Shown: positions 37,069 to 50,944, numbered from the stretch's first letter. The stretch is 64,000 bases of DNA from Chrysomallon squamiferum (GCA_012295275.1 CM022671.1:7874001-7938000), one strand, 5' to 3'. Program-made: numbers and translations. Notes: generated by a model from the letters alone, not told the origin.

Positions 37069-39065
37069 TCAGAAAAATAACAAAATAATTCCAGCAATGT
37101 TCAGATTTGCTTTCATTTTTATTTTCAATGATACTTTCATCAGTCCAATTTAAAATGAATTCCTTTGAGAATCTTTGATCAGGTTGCTCTTTCCATTCAG
37201 TGCAATTTGCCTTTTTCTCTCCCACCAGTAACTGATGAATTCAGGTATTTATTGCACACCTCCCTGTGAAATCGTCTATCACATGTGGGTTTCTCTTTAT
37301 CTGTTTGAGTCTAGAGTCTGCTGTAGATTTATCGTGTCCACTCCAGTCTACAGCAGCCTGTGTAGATCAAACATGCCACAACCCAGTTTCCATACTGAAC
37401 ACAAAAACAAACTTACCTGTGGAAAGTGCAAGACAGGATTAATCTGCATTCTTTCGAACTGCAAATTATATATTTTAATCACTAAAAGAACAAAAAAAAA
37501 TTGTTTATAGTGTTTTGCATTTAAATAGTTTTAAAAAGACACCATTTTTAGTTTCTTGCTAATTATGTGCAAATTACATGTTAACTAAATAGTAGTGTAC
37601 AAATAAAATAAGCTATTTGGAATAAAATAATGCCATATTCAGTCCCTTGATAATGTACAAAATACATATTTTAATCATTGAAACAAAATTTAAAAACAAA
37701 CAAGTGATTAATGGTATGTGCTAGTAAATAGGGGATTTGTAATAAAAAGAATCTGTATTCAGTTCAGTACCTATATGCAAATTATATATTTTAGTCACTG
37801 AAAATAAAAAAAATATTTATGTATATGTAAATAGGGTATCTCCAACAAAAAGAAAAATTTTACACTGTATTAACTTTCTTTTCTTTGTTTTGATAAAGAT
37901 ACATAAAGATATTTTAATCAAAGAAATAACATTTTGAAAAAGAGAAAAACATTTATATTAAAGTGCCTATAAATAGGCATTGACAATAAAAAGACAATGT
38001 TACCATATCCATGTTTTTTTTTTTTTAAATTATAAAAAATAAGATACAACTTTATCTTAAAAGAAAATCTGAAAAAGTGAAAAACGTTTATCGTTAATTT
38101 ATAAGTAATTAAATAAAACATTTAAAGATAACATTAAAACTATACTCAGTTTTCTTTATAGAAATAGAAAGGTTTTAAATAGTTAACAAAATATACAACC
38201 TCTTAATTATATACAATTCTGGTGTTTCTAATTTTCAGGTCTTACTAGAAATTTATTGATCACAGTGTGTAAATAAATAATATATTTCTAGCATCAAAAG
38301 CAGCTTAAAATAATGTCAGTAAAAAAATCTGTACTTCCTTGATAAAAATATACAAATAAATAGTTTATTTTTTTTTATCCTGCAGTTAAAATAGTTGTAA
38401 ATAGTGGTAAGGCATGATGACTAGATAAATTCCTGTATTTTTTCACATTGATCAGAAATACAGCTTTTTGGAGATGGAACTATATTTACTTCGAGTAATT
38501 AAATTGTTAATCATGCATTCACTCACACGCATACACCCATGCACACACACAAAGAATATAAATACATAGTTATTTTTATTTCTGTAAAAAACATACATAT
38601 ATATAAGATCACTACATTTATTACCTACTAAAGTAGCAAAAAAAAAGAGAGAAGATTCTCTTGTTTGACTTCTTCAAAGCAGTTAGCTACAGCAGTGTTA
38701 TTTTATATATAGCTGTACTTGCAAGCAAACAACAAACATAAACAAATACCTTTGCCATTGCTACTGTTTATATTTACCACATAAAAAAATAATAACATGT
38801 ACACCAGCAACTTCTCCTTCCCCTGTGTTCTAAATATACACAGCTTTGGTAGAAGTAATTATATATCCAAGTGGTTTATCAAAGCCCTTTATCACAGCAT
38901 GGCTCTAACTACACAGACTGAGTTGCAGGATTCCACAGTCTTTGGTGCCAGTGCAGACAACAAGCTCCATGTGGACTGATTCATGAAATCAGAGCCCACT
39001 ACATGAAACAGCTCTGCAGATAACATCCATCTCGCTCTCTCACTGTGGAAAAGATAGTACTAGTG

Positions 39066-39133
39066 ATGCTTACTAGACAATATGTTACAATCAAGAATTC
39101 TTTGAATTTTACTACCAGTGCTTACAGACCAAT
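39066..39133 (+). CDS. Candidate alternative first-exon coding part of MAGI (MLTRQYVTIKNSLNFTTSAYRP), phase-2 donor
   Basis: Ends ccaat|gtgagt after about 350 nt of complex, exon-like sequence; T-rich intron-like DNA follows. Confidence 0.35.
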
Positions 39134-40757
39134 GTGAGTATGTTATTTTGATGTATGTGTAGGTTATACTGTGTAGATATGTATAGGATGTTTGAGGGGT
39201 TTTTTTTTTTGGTTTTTTTAAGTTTAAAAAATAAAAATGGGGGTTGTGATGATGGGAAAGAAGCAGGAGATGTGATGAAGAGGGGAAGAAGAATATTGTT
39301 TGTTTATTGGGTGTAACCTAGTGCTAAAGTTAGGAACATTATCTAGGTTGGCATGATAGGATGGTGCTTGCAAAGTTGGGTGTTTTTTTTTTCTTTCTGT
39401 TGTGCTGTCTTGTTTTTTTTTTAATTGGTTGTTTGTGAAAGACTTGGTGAAAGTCATCATGCTTCTTTATTTGGGGATCAGATGTGTGTTGGTTGACTGA
39501 TGAGTTTTGCTGAAGGATTTTCTTACATAACTAATCTTTACAACTCTCATTTTCTGTTTCTTCCATTTTGCCATCAGTTTTATGGTTCACCAGCAAACTC
39601 CGTACAAATATCAAGAAAAATTTTCACATTCTTTGATCTCTGTTAACTTGAAATTGTTTTTTTTATTTTTTATTTTATTTTATTTTTTGTTTCATTTTTT
39701 ATTTTTACTGCTTTGTACATTATGGTGAAGTAATTATTTACAGTGTTTTGAAACTTAAATCCTAAGTTTAGGTTCTTATATTTTTGACACAGAAGTTAAG
39801 AATTAAATCTGTAAGTTTATATTTTGTATATAAGATTTTAAAGAGTTCTCTTGACTATGTTTAATTGTCTCTGTCAGTTGTATTTGTCTGATAACAAAAA
39901 TGTTATTACTGCCTGCTGATACAGCCCATAGAAAACCCCACAGTTTTTAATCACTAAATTTTATCTCAGTTTGATAAAGCCATACACTATACTTGAATAT
40001 TATCTATGTTTTAGTTTATCTTTGTTATGCTAATTTTGTTTATTGACAAATCTGCCTAATGATAATAAATTTGTAAATTAGATAAAGTAGTAATCCATGA
40101 TAGTGTGTCTTTATCATCATTATTATCACAAAGTTTTTTTTTTTTTTTTTTTTTTTTTTTTCTGTTATGGACAAGCAGGCCAAGTTGGATATGAGTAAAA
40201 TTTTGAAAAATAGTTTTTTTCACAAAGTAATAACAGTGCTTTCATGTCATCCATAATAAACTCATTGGTGTATAAGTATAAAATCAAATCTGAATCTTCA
40301 TTCTTTCATTGCATATAAATGTCTGTATGACTGAGGATCTTCCTGGAATTCATTATTAAAAAGCCAAAAATATTTGTTAATAAAAAATAGCATCTTTATT
40401 GTGGTAAATTTTATATTCTTGTAAATTTTGATTAAAAGTAGCTGTTATAAAATAATACAGGTTCATATGAAAGGAAAGTGTCTGATTTCATGTTAGTAGC
40501 TGTACAATGTTAAGTATTTGTACATTGACTACAGCAAAATATGTATGATAAGATGGACATCTTTTGTAACATAGACATAGAAACTGTAACTGTAATAATA
40601 ACAATAATTAAGTATTTCTAAATATTTACATACTGGACACTATCAGAATGTTAAAAGACTCTCTGTTTTTATCTTATTTAATTTACAAACAGTAATGAGC
40701 AGATAATCTTTAAGACTGAATTCTATATTTAAAAATAACACCAACATAAAAAAAAAC

Positions 40758-40960
40758 TTCTACTAGTACTAATAATGCTACTTCTATTACTACCTCTGTT
40801 TCAGCTACTATTTATACTAACTATTATTTCCACTATAACTTTTACTACTACTGTTACCCCTTCTGCAACTGCTACTACTATTTTTTCTATTACTACCACT
40901 ACCACTTCTTCTGTTACTACTACTTCTAATACTTCTGTTACTGCTTCTTGTACTAATATT
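40758..40960. repeat. Degenerate (CTA)n trinucleotide repeat
   Basis: tac/cta-rich tract. It produces spurious T-rich and S-rich ORFs. Confidence 0.85.
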
Positions 40961-41654
40961 TTCAGTAATGTACAGCAATAATAATATTCCTAAAACAAAC
41001 AAACAAGCCACAACCACAATTATAGAGTGCTAATTGTAACTGGAAGTTGTCCAAACTAAAAGATGTTAATCAGACTACAGACTGCTGTTCTCTCTCCACC
41101 TCTCTGAGACTGTGTATTAGTATGAAGTCAGTTGGCTGTGATAGACAGAAATAGCTGACTTCATTATATCTCAGTAGGTATATAAGAACAGGTGTGTCAG
41201 TAGTTAATAAGAAAAAGAGGGGGAAAAAAAGAAAAAGTAAGCCCAGATTTCAGAAGGTATCAGGTGTTCAGGTTGGCTTTAGTGGAAATACAACAGAATT
41301 ACTGAGTCTGAAAACAAAAATGAAGAAGAAAAGAAAAGAAATCTTCGTGTTTTTAGAAACGAGTTCAAAAGAAAATGTTTTTTCTGACAGAAGCTTTGAA
41401 GAATTGGTAAATGTCTGCATCATATGATTAACACATACATATATACACGCACATGCATTTTATAGTGGGCTTTGAATCCTACTACTATTACTAGCACTAT
41501 TATAGCTATTACTACTATATTATAGCAACTGTTACTATTTCTGTTTCAAGAACTACAGCAACAACAACTACTATTTTTACTAATACTGCTACTACTATTT
41601 ATAATACTTTTCCATAACTCAGTAATAACTTGTATCTTTTCATTTTGAAAAGCA

Positions 41655-41860
41655 TATCTTACAGAAATTATTTTTCTGGTTACAACAAGTATACCTGACA
41701 ATATTTATTTCTGTTTACAACAAATGTATTTCACACTATTTGTTTCTCTTTACAACCAGTATCTTTCAGAAAATTTAATTATCTTTACAACATTTCACAA
41801 TATTTATTTCTGCTTCCAAACAAATATATTTCACAATGTTTGTCTCTGTTTACAACAAGT
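41655..41860. repeat. Degenerate ~35-bp minisatellite
   Basis: acaatatttatttctgtttacaacaa-like unit repeated about 6 times. Confidence 0.8.
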
Positions 41861-42843
41861 GTTTTAAACCTAATCACTGGATTTGGCCTGCAAATGGTAG
41901 CCAGATTTGATGAGACCTAACCCAAACGATTGCCGTGAAGACACAGATAATTATCTCTATGCGGAGTTAATTTGCTGGCTGACACAGCTAATTCTGTCTG
42001 AAAGATTTCTCTTTTCACCTCCATGTGAGAGAGCACCACTGCTTGATCGGTCAGTAATTGTTAACAAGTGACGTATGAAAACATTTTTAATTCAAACTCC
42101 ACTGACGTATGAAAACATTATTAATTCAAATTCCTCTCATGTGAGAAATATATTTGTCGTCCTGTACTGAAGAAATCTGAAAAGATTGATACATTTTTTT
42201 TTTGTTATTTCAGTTTGCAAAAAATGAAACAATTTTTTTAATCTAGTTGATGAGGAAATATGTTTTGGCAAATTGATACAATTTGTCTGCTAAATTTTTT
42301 TTTTTTTTAATAATTGACAAAAATTGTAAAGTTTATTAAATTTTGTTATTTCTTATTTCAGGAGAACATTTTTTTTAAGTATGTAATTAATTCAGTGTAT
42401 GTGAAAACAACAGTTTTTAGCTTCATTCTTTTTTAACTGGAACCAATTTTAAAACTCTTCCAAAATCTGTCAAAATTATTTGTCTTTACATCATTCCAAT
42501 TCATACTTCTTTTTATCGTTTTGCCAAAGATCGTCTCAGTTCTCAGTCACCCTGCACAAAAAAATATTTCATTATTTCTAAGGAAAATTTCATTTTATTT
42601 TCTTTCCAAAACACAAACACTGAAGTATAGTTCAGTTTTACCATACTTAATATTTCAGTTTCTCTAAAGATCATTATACAATTTCCCTAAAGTGGAAAAT
42701 AGTTTTCATTTCTGTTATCTCAATCTGATCAAAATGTGTAACACATTTTTCAGTTTTATTATCACATTTGATTACTGCTATCTTCATTGCTTGTCTTTTG
42801 GCCTGTGGCTTTTGCTCTGTTTCCTCTGAAGATTTTACTGCAG

Positions 42844-42878
42844 GGTTTATCAGCAAGTAAAACCACAGAGTAACAGAG
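42844..42878 (+). CDS. Candidate 35-nt alternative mini-exon (VYQQVKPQSNR), phase 2 to 1
   Basis: Long pyrimidine tract, acceptor ttttactgcag| and donor cagag|gtaagg. The only open frame is the one that joins exon 6 in frame. Confidence 0.45.
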
Positions 42879-44705
42879 GTAAGGAGAGAAACAGATGTTG
42901 TGTTGTTTACACAGTGCGTGATGTGATGCAGATGCACATTTAATTATTTTATTGTTTATTTTGCTTTAAGTTATTTTTAAGAAAGGGCCACTCAGAAACA
43001 ATTTCTTGCATTACACACACACACACAGACACATAGAGAAAAAAAGAAAGAGAGAAGTAAAGAGAGATAATTATATAAGACTTATCTCTTGGAACATTTT
43101 TTGTTGTAGATTATGTACAGGTGTTTCATCTCAGCTTTTCTGTAGATTATTATTTTGAAAAACAAAACAAAATAAACTAAGTAACTTTAGCAAGATAAAA
43201 TTAAATTTTAACTGCAAATATAAATATACTTTGTTTTGATCAAAATGCGATGCATGATAAAAAGCAAAACAAACACCAAAATATACAAACATGAAACATA
43301 CCTGATGGCTAAACTTAAAGTAATTCTTTCTCAAATAAAGCTGTCATGTTTAATAAGTTGGTGTTCTGTAGCTGTATAGCCTGGGTTTTGCATTATGTCA
43401 GAGACAGAAAGAGAGAGAGAGAGATAAAGAAAGACAGAGAGGGATGGAGGGAGAGAGGGAATAAAAATGTGTGTTCTTTTCATTTTAACTCCAAGCATAG
43501 ACTTGTAAAAACTTCCATGAACAATGAGATAACTATTAGAATATCAAGTATTGTATTTATAACATAGTCATATTCATTTAAACTTCAGTTAACACAAATA
43601 CTTACATGGTTCAGTGATCCAGCTTTGGGGTTTAACTGTTTCTGTGCATGTTTCAAAATAGATTTAACATGTTTTAGAGGTAAGAAAAATGTGTTTAATT
43701 TTCTGTTAAAAACTATAATATATTTTTTAAACTAGGTACTCATTATGGTAGAACAGTAATTTCTGTGCTATTTATTTTTATTATTATTAGTATAGTAATA
43801 TTTTATTTATTTATTTATATATTATCATTTTTTTTTTTTTAATTCAAAATTGTATTGTGAATTATTGAAAATACTGATACTATCTGAAGAAAATTAGAAG
43901 CAGCTAACTGGCTGATCTGTTTATACTTAACAAGTGATGTCAAGATAGTAAAAATAATTAAGGTATTTGTGAAGTGTTTTATTTTTGTATACTTAAGAGT
44001 ATGAGAGATTATAAACACATTTGTGTGTCTGTGTAAATCTATGTAAACATATTTATATCTCTGACATTGTGTGGTCCAGTTTAATTTTGTTAATGTATTA
44101 TATTTATCTTGCTACCCTGCTTGATCAGTGGTGCAGAATGTCTGTGAGTAAATATTATCTTAGTCTGACAGATGCCAGCAACCTGAATCTACTACTGCCT
44201 CACATAACTGCTTTATCAAAAGATTTCTGCATCACAAAATGTCCACCATTTTTTACTTCTTTTTGCGGTTTAACCCAAAAATATGATTATAATCATGTCT
44301 AACTCTGTATCTATGGCTACATCATAGGTAGCAGGATTGTCATTCCAGAACTACATTCTTACCACTCTGGTTTCTGGGGCTGTACTAGAATATCTGTAGT
44401 TTTCAGATGTGTCCTGGTTGTGTCTGTGTATCAGCATGTGAAACAGATACAGCTGAATCAGTCTTGTTGTTGTTTCAGATTTTCACATCATTGTGTGATA
44501 ATAAAATTAAAGATGCTCCAGTGCATGGTAGTGAGTTCATTTAACTGAAAATAACACATGGTTGATTGAAAATGAAACATGTTTAATTGAAAGTGAAATA
44601 AGTTTATTTAAAAATAACATGTCTGTAATTAAAAATAATGTATAATTTAATTGAAAATGACACTTATATTTGATAATAAAAATAAAATAATTTGTTATGC
44701 ATTAT

Positions 44706-44830
44706 CCATTCCAGCCAGCAGTGTGCTACAGTTTTATCAAAAAAATTGTTTGATATGTGTTGTCCCAACTGTGGCAAAATGATCTTATTACCTAATAACC
44801 TGTGGATTTGCAGCATAAGTTTTCATTTAT
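44706..44830 (+). mobile_element. Degraded SINE-like fragment
   Basis: cattccagccag is the reverse complement of ctggctggaatg in the 46553-46799 copy, and the downstream sequence is loosely similar. Confidence 0.45.
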
Positions 44831-45747
44831 TTAATATACAAAAAAAAAAAAAAAACAGTCTGTGTAAATGATGTCATTATAAAGAGTGTTAATCATTTGT
44901 TCAATATTGATCATATTTGTTAACTGTAAGCTTGTGTTTTAGACAATATATTTCATCATTTAATAATATTTCTTCCACAACAGAAAATATTCAGAACATA
45001 TTATAATATTAAACAGTAAAGCCTTTTATGTTTATTAATAAGTATTTAATGGCTTATCTAAAATAGCAAACAGACTGTCATTGTTATAGATAAATGATTA
45101 AGAATTTACAAAGAACAAGGTTATCAGTTCACCATGAACAAAATGATTAGACAATGCTGTAACACCATGATATAAATTATCATAAATAAGTGACAGATAA
45201 ATATAGAAGATAAACTAATAATTCTCTTCAGTTTAGAAACACTAAGCCATGTGAGTATTTGCATGTTGTTAAATATCAAATTAAAATTGATAAACAGGAA
45301 ATACCCATTATTGGCAAATTGAAATTAATGTTCATCAGTTGTCAGCATCCTGCCATCTCTTTTCAATAGATTTATTCCATTGGTATCTGCATATGTTACT
45401 ATTATTACTAAAGTCATTGTACATTATTGGATATTTCTTCTGCTACAAACTAAAATCCCATCTGTAATAACTGATCTGGAAGTAATTAGGATTATTCTTT
45501 GGTATCTGTTTCTGTACTGAGTGAGATGACTGGAAGAGTACAAGATTATTGTGTTTATTTAATTTTTTCACTTTAATTAATCTTCCAATATAAAAACTTA
45601 ATACTGTTTGTTGATCTGATGGATTCGGTTTTTAACATTTAGAAAAAGTCTCTGCTAATAACTGTTAATTTTCTTGGACTTTTAAATACAGGTTGCCTGG
45701 TTATTTGTTTCAACTAGTTGATAAAATTGTTTTATTAAAAAGGTAAA

Positions 45748-45877
<130 letters not shown>

Positions 45878-46552
45878 TACATATTTTCATTTGATGTGGG
45901 ATGCTATAATTACACTACTTACCATACATTTCATTTATTCATTTACATTCAATATTAGTAATTACTAAATTGTATAGTGTGATATAATGTTTATGTATGT
46001 GTGTGTATGTGCATGTGTTTATTTGTGTGAGCATATGTATGTTTTGGTAGAATGATGAATTTGCATTCCATGTAATTCATTTATTTTCCAATTTACATTC
46101 TAATAACAGTAATTACTGTTTCTGTTTTGTAAGATATCAGCATCAGTGTCTGTATGTGTGTATGAATGGACATGTACGTATGTCAGTACTTATGCTCCTT
46201 TCCTTGCATTTCACTTATTCTTGTTATTGCATTCTAATAATAGAAAGCTCTCTCTATCTACACTGTGATGTAACACCATCAGACCTGGCTGGAGGTAGAA
46301 GCAGAACTGTTGTTTATATGTACATATTACACTGTTTGTTTATTTACTCAGTGATTACAGGATGACTCAGGCAGGTAGAAGAGAGATACACAAACAGAGA
46401 TTTCCAGTCTGTTCTTATCTCTGTGTCACACTGACATTCCAGTCTATCACAATACACTGCTGGACAAAAGAAAAGCACAGTTCCAGTTTTGTATTGTTTC
46501 TTTGAGGGAAGAAATTCTTTAATTAAGATTGCATACCAAATTTTCTCTTTTT

Positions 46553-46799
46553 CCATGGTTATATGGCTTTGGACTTGTGTTAAGGTAAAGAAGGAGGCAA
46601 CTTGTTGCTCCATTTCATGGCTTATTCTTTCCAGTTAGCAAAAAGGTATCTTTTATATGTACCCTCCCACTGATTGGTTAATACATACTATAACAGTTGT
46701 TACACCATATGTAGAGCACTGGCTGGAATGTGAAATAGCCCAGTGAACCCACATGAAAGAATCATGTGATGACCCATCACCTCAAAGCTATGTCCTCTC
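46553..46799 (-). mobile_element. Degraded tRNA-derived SINE-like element
   Basis: ggttatatggc...catggcttattctttccagttagcaaaaaggtatcttttatatg...gagcactggctggaatgtgaaatagcccagtg...agctatgtcc resembles, from memory, an abundant gastropod SINE. Related fragments occur elsewhere in the window. Confidence 0.6.
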
Positions 46800-47503
46800 T
46801 GAACTCCTTTGAATTTACTGCTTTAAAATCAGCATTTATGTTAACTGTCTATTTCTTGTTCCTGAAAAATGAAATTTATCTTAAATCTGTTAACATGTTT
46901 TAATTGTTGGTATTAATTACTAAACATAATTAGAAGGAAAACTTAATAATTTATAGTTAAAAAATGATCTTCGGAATCTGTTTTTTTATTTATTATTTTA
47001 TTTGATAAATAAGGCTAATACTTGGTATTACTTGAACATCTCTTTTACTGCAATGTTTAAGGCACAGACATCAATAAAAAAATATCAGTTAAGAAAAAAG
47101 TGCCTTCTTTCAAGTGATAAAAACATTAAAAATATATTTCTGAACCACCAAGAAGTGCATCAAGAAATAATGAAGGTTCATTTTCCATATGTAATTTCTC
47201 TCAGGACTTACTAATATACATTAAACAAAGCAAATCAGATTCCACTTCTAAAAGGTTGTGTTGAGTATAAGTAAAATGGTTGATTGATTTAAAGATTAGA
47301 GAAGTGATGATCATGTCTTGGACAGCCAGACCGGTTTGTGTTTGTGTATCCACCTGCTGCTGTTCATTGATCTCCACTTGATGCAGATTGTATCAGCTCA
47401 CAGCCATTGCTCACCAGCTGATAACCATCACTGGACTCTGCAGGGTCTCCCAGTCAGTGGGCCAGCCCTTGTTGTCATGATCAGTTGTGATAATATTTAC
47501 CTT

Positions 47504-47860
47504 CATTATTCACTCCACCACTGTTAGTGCCAGTTAGTGTTTAATGCACATAACATGTGTCCTAGCTTTGTTCAGCAATGTTTGTCTCATATCAGACATG
47601 CAAATAACATTTATACATCATTGATTAGAAGGAATATTAATTTGTTTAATTTATTTTTTTAACTAAAAAATGTACAATCCATTATTCACTCCACTACTGT
47701 TAGTGTCAGTTAGTGTTTAATGCAGATAACATGTGTCCCAGCTTTCAGTGTTTGTCTCATATTAAACATGCAAATAGCATTTATACATCATTGATTAGAA
47801 GGTATATTCATTTTTTTATTTATTTATTTTTTTTTTTATTTTTTTTTTTAACCAAGAAAT
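47504..47860. repeat. Tandem duplication of ~176 bp
   Basis: cattattcactccac(c/t)actgttagtg(c/t)cagttagtgtttaatgca...catttatacatcattgattagaagg starts at 47504 and again at 47680. Confidence 0.92.
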
Positions 47861-48380
47861 GTATGATCCGGAATTTTAAAATTGTAATACCTATCTAGAA
47901 GAGAAAAATCAAAATTGACAAAATTACTATTACCCAGTTATTAAATTTCTAATTTTTTTTTATTTTTTAATAAAGAAATGTCTGGCAAGGGTGTGACTAC
48001 TGGTATGCTCCAGACTTTAAGATTCTAATATCTATCTGCAACAAGAAATGAAAATCAGCAAAATTATTATCAGAGTAATGGAAATATAACACCATTACAC
48101 ACTTTCTAATTTATTTTTTAATAAAGAAATATATGTATGGCAACTTGTATGATTAGCACTTTAAAATTCTAATATTGTATCTGATACAGACTTAAAAATG
48201 AACAAAATTATTTCAGCTATGTATTACTCCATTATTTTCTGATTTATTTTTTCATTAAAGAAGCCATGGAAATTGTAAATAAAGACAGAAAATCCAAGAC
48301 TTTGAAATTATAATATTCTGGAAGAGACTTTGAAATGGACAAACATTGTTAAAGCAAACTTGAAATTTCAGAATTAACAC
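47850..48380. repeat. Highly degenerate ~140-bp tandem array
   Basis: tttttt(a)ataaagaaat...actttaa(g/a)attctaatat...aaaat..acaaaattatt blocks recur 3-4 times. Confidence 0.6.
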
Positions 48381-48714
48381 AAATTAAAACAAACTTGAAA
48401 ACATTACACCATAATGATGATGAGATTATTATTATGATTCTGATGTTTAATTGTTGCAGAAACAAAAAAAACTATATATAATAATATAGTTGCTGTTTTT
48501 GATATTATTGTTATAGTAACAGACCATCATTTATTAAATTTTTCTGTAATGATTTCATCAGTATTTAAGAACATTTTAAAAACTGTTAATGACTTTATTT
48601 GCCATCCTGACATCATTGCATCATGTGTTTTCAATGTCATCATCACCATTGTGAGATGGTTTTCATAAACAACATCAAACAGTTTTAACACAACCACCCT
48701 GGTGTCTACCTCCA

Positions 48715-48870
48715 TGTCTGAAATTACTTGCTCATATAACCACTTCATCACACACATCCATTAAGAATTCACCACAGCATATACATGTTTTCCCTCTGTG
48801 TCTGAAATTATATGCTAATTCAACCACTTTAACATGTGTGTCCATTAATAATTTCTCCTCAGCATAAACA
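48715..48870. repeat. Tandem duplication of ~84 bp
   Basis: tgtctgaaatta...aaccactt...tccattaa...cagcata(t/a)acat occurs twice. Confidence 0.75.
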
Positions 48871-49603
48871 TCAACATCAAAGGTTAAACTGCAGATTTAT
48901 GTGACTGGCAAGACTAATAGCACTGATGAATTACAAGAATTCATTACTGGAACTTTGCCATATTAAAACTTCATACATTATCAAAGACACAGAGGTTACA
49001 TTTCTGTTATTATGAAACCACAGGACCACATCCAGGGGTTAAGTGTGCATGTGAAGTATTATCTTCCATGCCTAAAATAATTAAAATACATACCTTATGT
49101 TTTCCTTTATATTTATATTCTTTTAACCCGAACATTGATCAGTCTGATACATTGATATAATAAATAGTTCCATATTGCTGTTTACATCATAATAATTGTA
49201 CAGCATGGTTAAAATATTTATTGTTAAATAACAAGGTGTTGCCATGAATTTTGCATATTTAGAAATGTGACAGGTTGCAGATTCAGTCCTTTAAAATGTA
49301 TCCATTGGTCTCTTTTTATTTCCAGCAAGTACCCCAGGTTTGGTTTATCAAAGCTTCTGATGAATGCTTTCCTTACATAGGAGAAAACACACACACAAAC
49401 AGTAACTTGATGCTGTCCGAAGATTATTTGTTCCTCAAAATAATATGTCAGAATTACAAATATTTCTTAATGTGTAGTAGCTGGTGAAATGGGGAAGAAA
49501 TATCTCTCAACATTGGTAATGTCATTAAAAAAATCAAAAACAAAAACAAACAACAGCTATATGATTCATAGTATATTAATTTGTGATTATTTTTTTGTTT
49601 CAG

Positions 49604-49661
49604 AATTACCATTTGGCTGGGAGAAGGTGGAAGATCCACATTATGGAACTTATTATATTGA
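49604..49661 (+). CDS. MAGI: MAGI exon 6 (first half of WW2)
   Basis: ttgtttcag| ELPFGWEKVEDPHYGTYYI(D) |gtaagt. 58 nt, phase 1-2. Confidence 0.97.
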
Positions 49662-50302
49662 GTAAGTTCCTTGCTGACTGTTTTATTTTTTAAAGTAAAA
49701 ATTAAATATTTTTGATGAAAACAAACTGCAGTTTTAAGCAGTAGAAATTGATAATCTTCATTTAACAGCAGCAAAAATTTACAAAATTAAAAAATCAAAT
49801 CCATTTATCCCATATTTTATGTTTTTATCTTTAAGCTTATTACAGATATTCTCTGTTTTTAAATAATAACATTGCTGGCTGTTATGATCTGGTTTGAATA
49901 AGTCTGTTTCAAGTTAACATGTAGAGAAGTGTGCTACTTCGTACATTTTTCAGTCGGGGCTGTGCATTATATTATGTAAACAAGGTGATTATTGCTAAAT
50001 AAATTTACATATAGAAAGAAAAATGAATAAAAAATGTGTCAGACTAACTGTAATGTGTTTATGTTTATTTATTTTTTTATTTTTTTTATTATACTCACAT
50101 ATTTTAAAACTGAAGATATTCTTTAAATTCTGTTTACAAATATCATTAAAAAGAACTGAAAACACATTTATAAAGTACACAAATCAGCCAATTTCTCCAA
50201 ATATATATATATATATTTTTTTAGAAAAACAATTTATAATATATAATACAATTAAATTTGATAAAAAGTCATTCACTTAATAAACAATTATTTCTCTTAC
50301 AG

Positions 50303-50355
50303 TCATGTCAACAGAAGAACCCAGTATGAAAATCCAGTAGCAGTAGCGAAAAAAG
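50303..50355 (+). CDS. MAGI: MAGI exon 7 (second half of WW2)
   Basis: ctcttacag| DHVNRRTQYENPVAVAKK |gtatat. 53 nt, phase 2-1. TQYENP, with Tyr in place of the second Trp, is typical of MAGI WW2. Confidence 0.96.
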
Positions 50356-50813
50356 GTATATTTAATATAACTTAATGTGTGGTTATTTAGATATTTTAAT
50401 TTAAATTTTAAACATATCGGGCAAAAACTACTACAGCTGTTAAGATAATGTCAGCTATTTCTACAACAATAACAATAATTTGTATTAAAAATCTTTTGGT
50501 AAAAAAATTAATAAAAAAATTAAGTCAGTCATTTTCGAGCTTTTGGACTATAAAAGATGATTAAAAATTCACAATTACTTAAATGCATTTTAAAATTTCT
50601 TTCACTATATTATTGTATGTTTCAATGTGTGTATTAGAAATGTTACTTAATAGTTCAGACTCAGTGCACAGTAAAACATTTTTTAAGTGCCTTTATATGT
50701 TATTTTAAGTGGTTTCTTAATCAATATTATTGACTAAATTCACAATGAAAACAACTATTTGTGTGTATATCAGTATATTATTTCTTATTAACTGCAAGTT
50801 GTCTGTTTTACAG

Positions 50814-50915
50814 AGGACACTAATGGGACAAGCACACTACCAAGGTTCAAAAAGACAATGGAGTTTAACAAGCGTTCACAAAGTGACTCTGATATGAATG
50901 GTCAAACAACAACAG
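50814..50915 (+). CDS. MAGI: MAGI exon 8 (WW2-PDZ1 linker)
   Basis: gttttacag| EDTNGTSTLPRFKKTMEFNKRSQSDSDMNGQTTT |gtcagt. 102 nt, phase 1-1, so it is symmetric and skippable. Confidence 0.85.
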
Positions 50916-50944
50916 GTCAGTTCATGTTTCTTTGCAAAATCATG

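Noticed and set aside
47300-47425. Possible C/D-box snoRNA (GTGATGA ... CTGA)
   Set aside because: No terminal stem and no recognisable rRNA guide; both boxes are common by chance.
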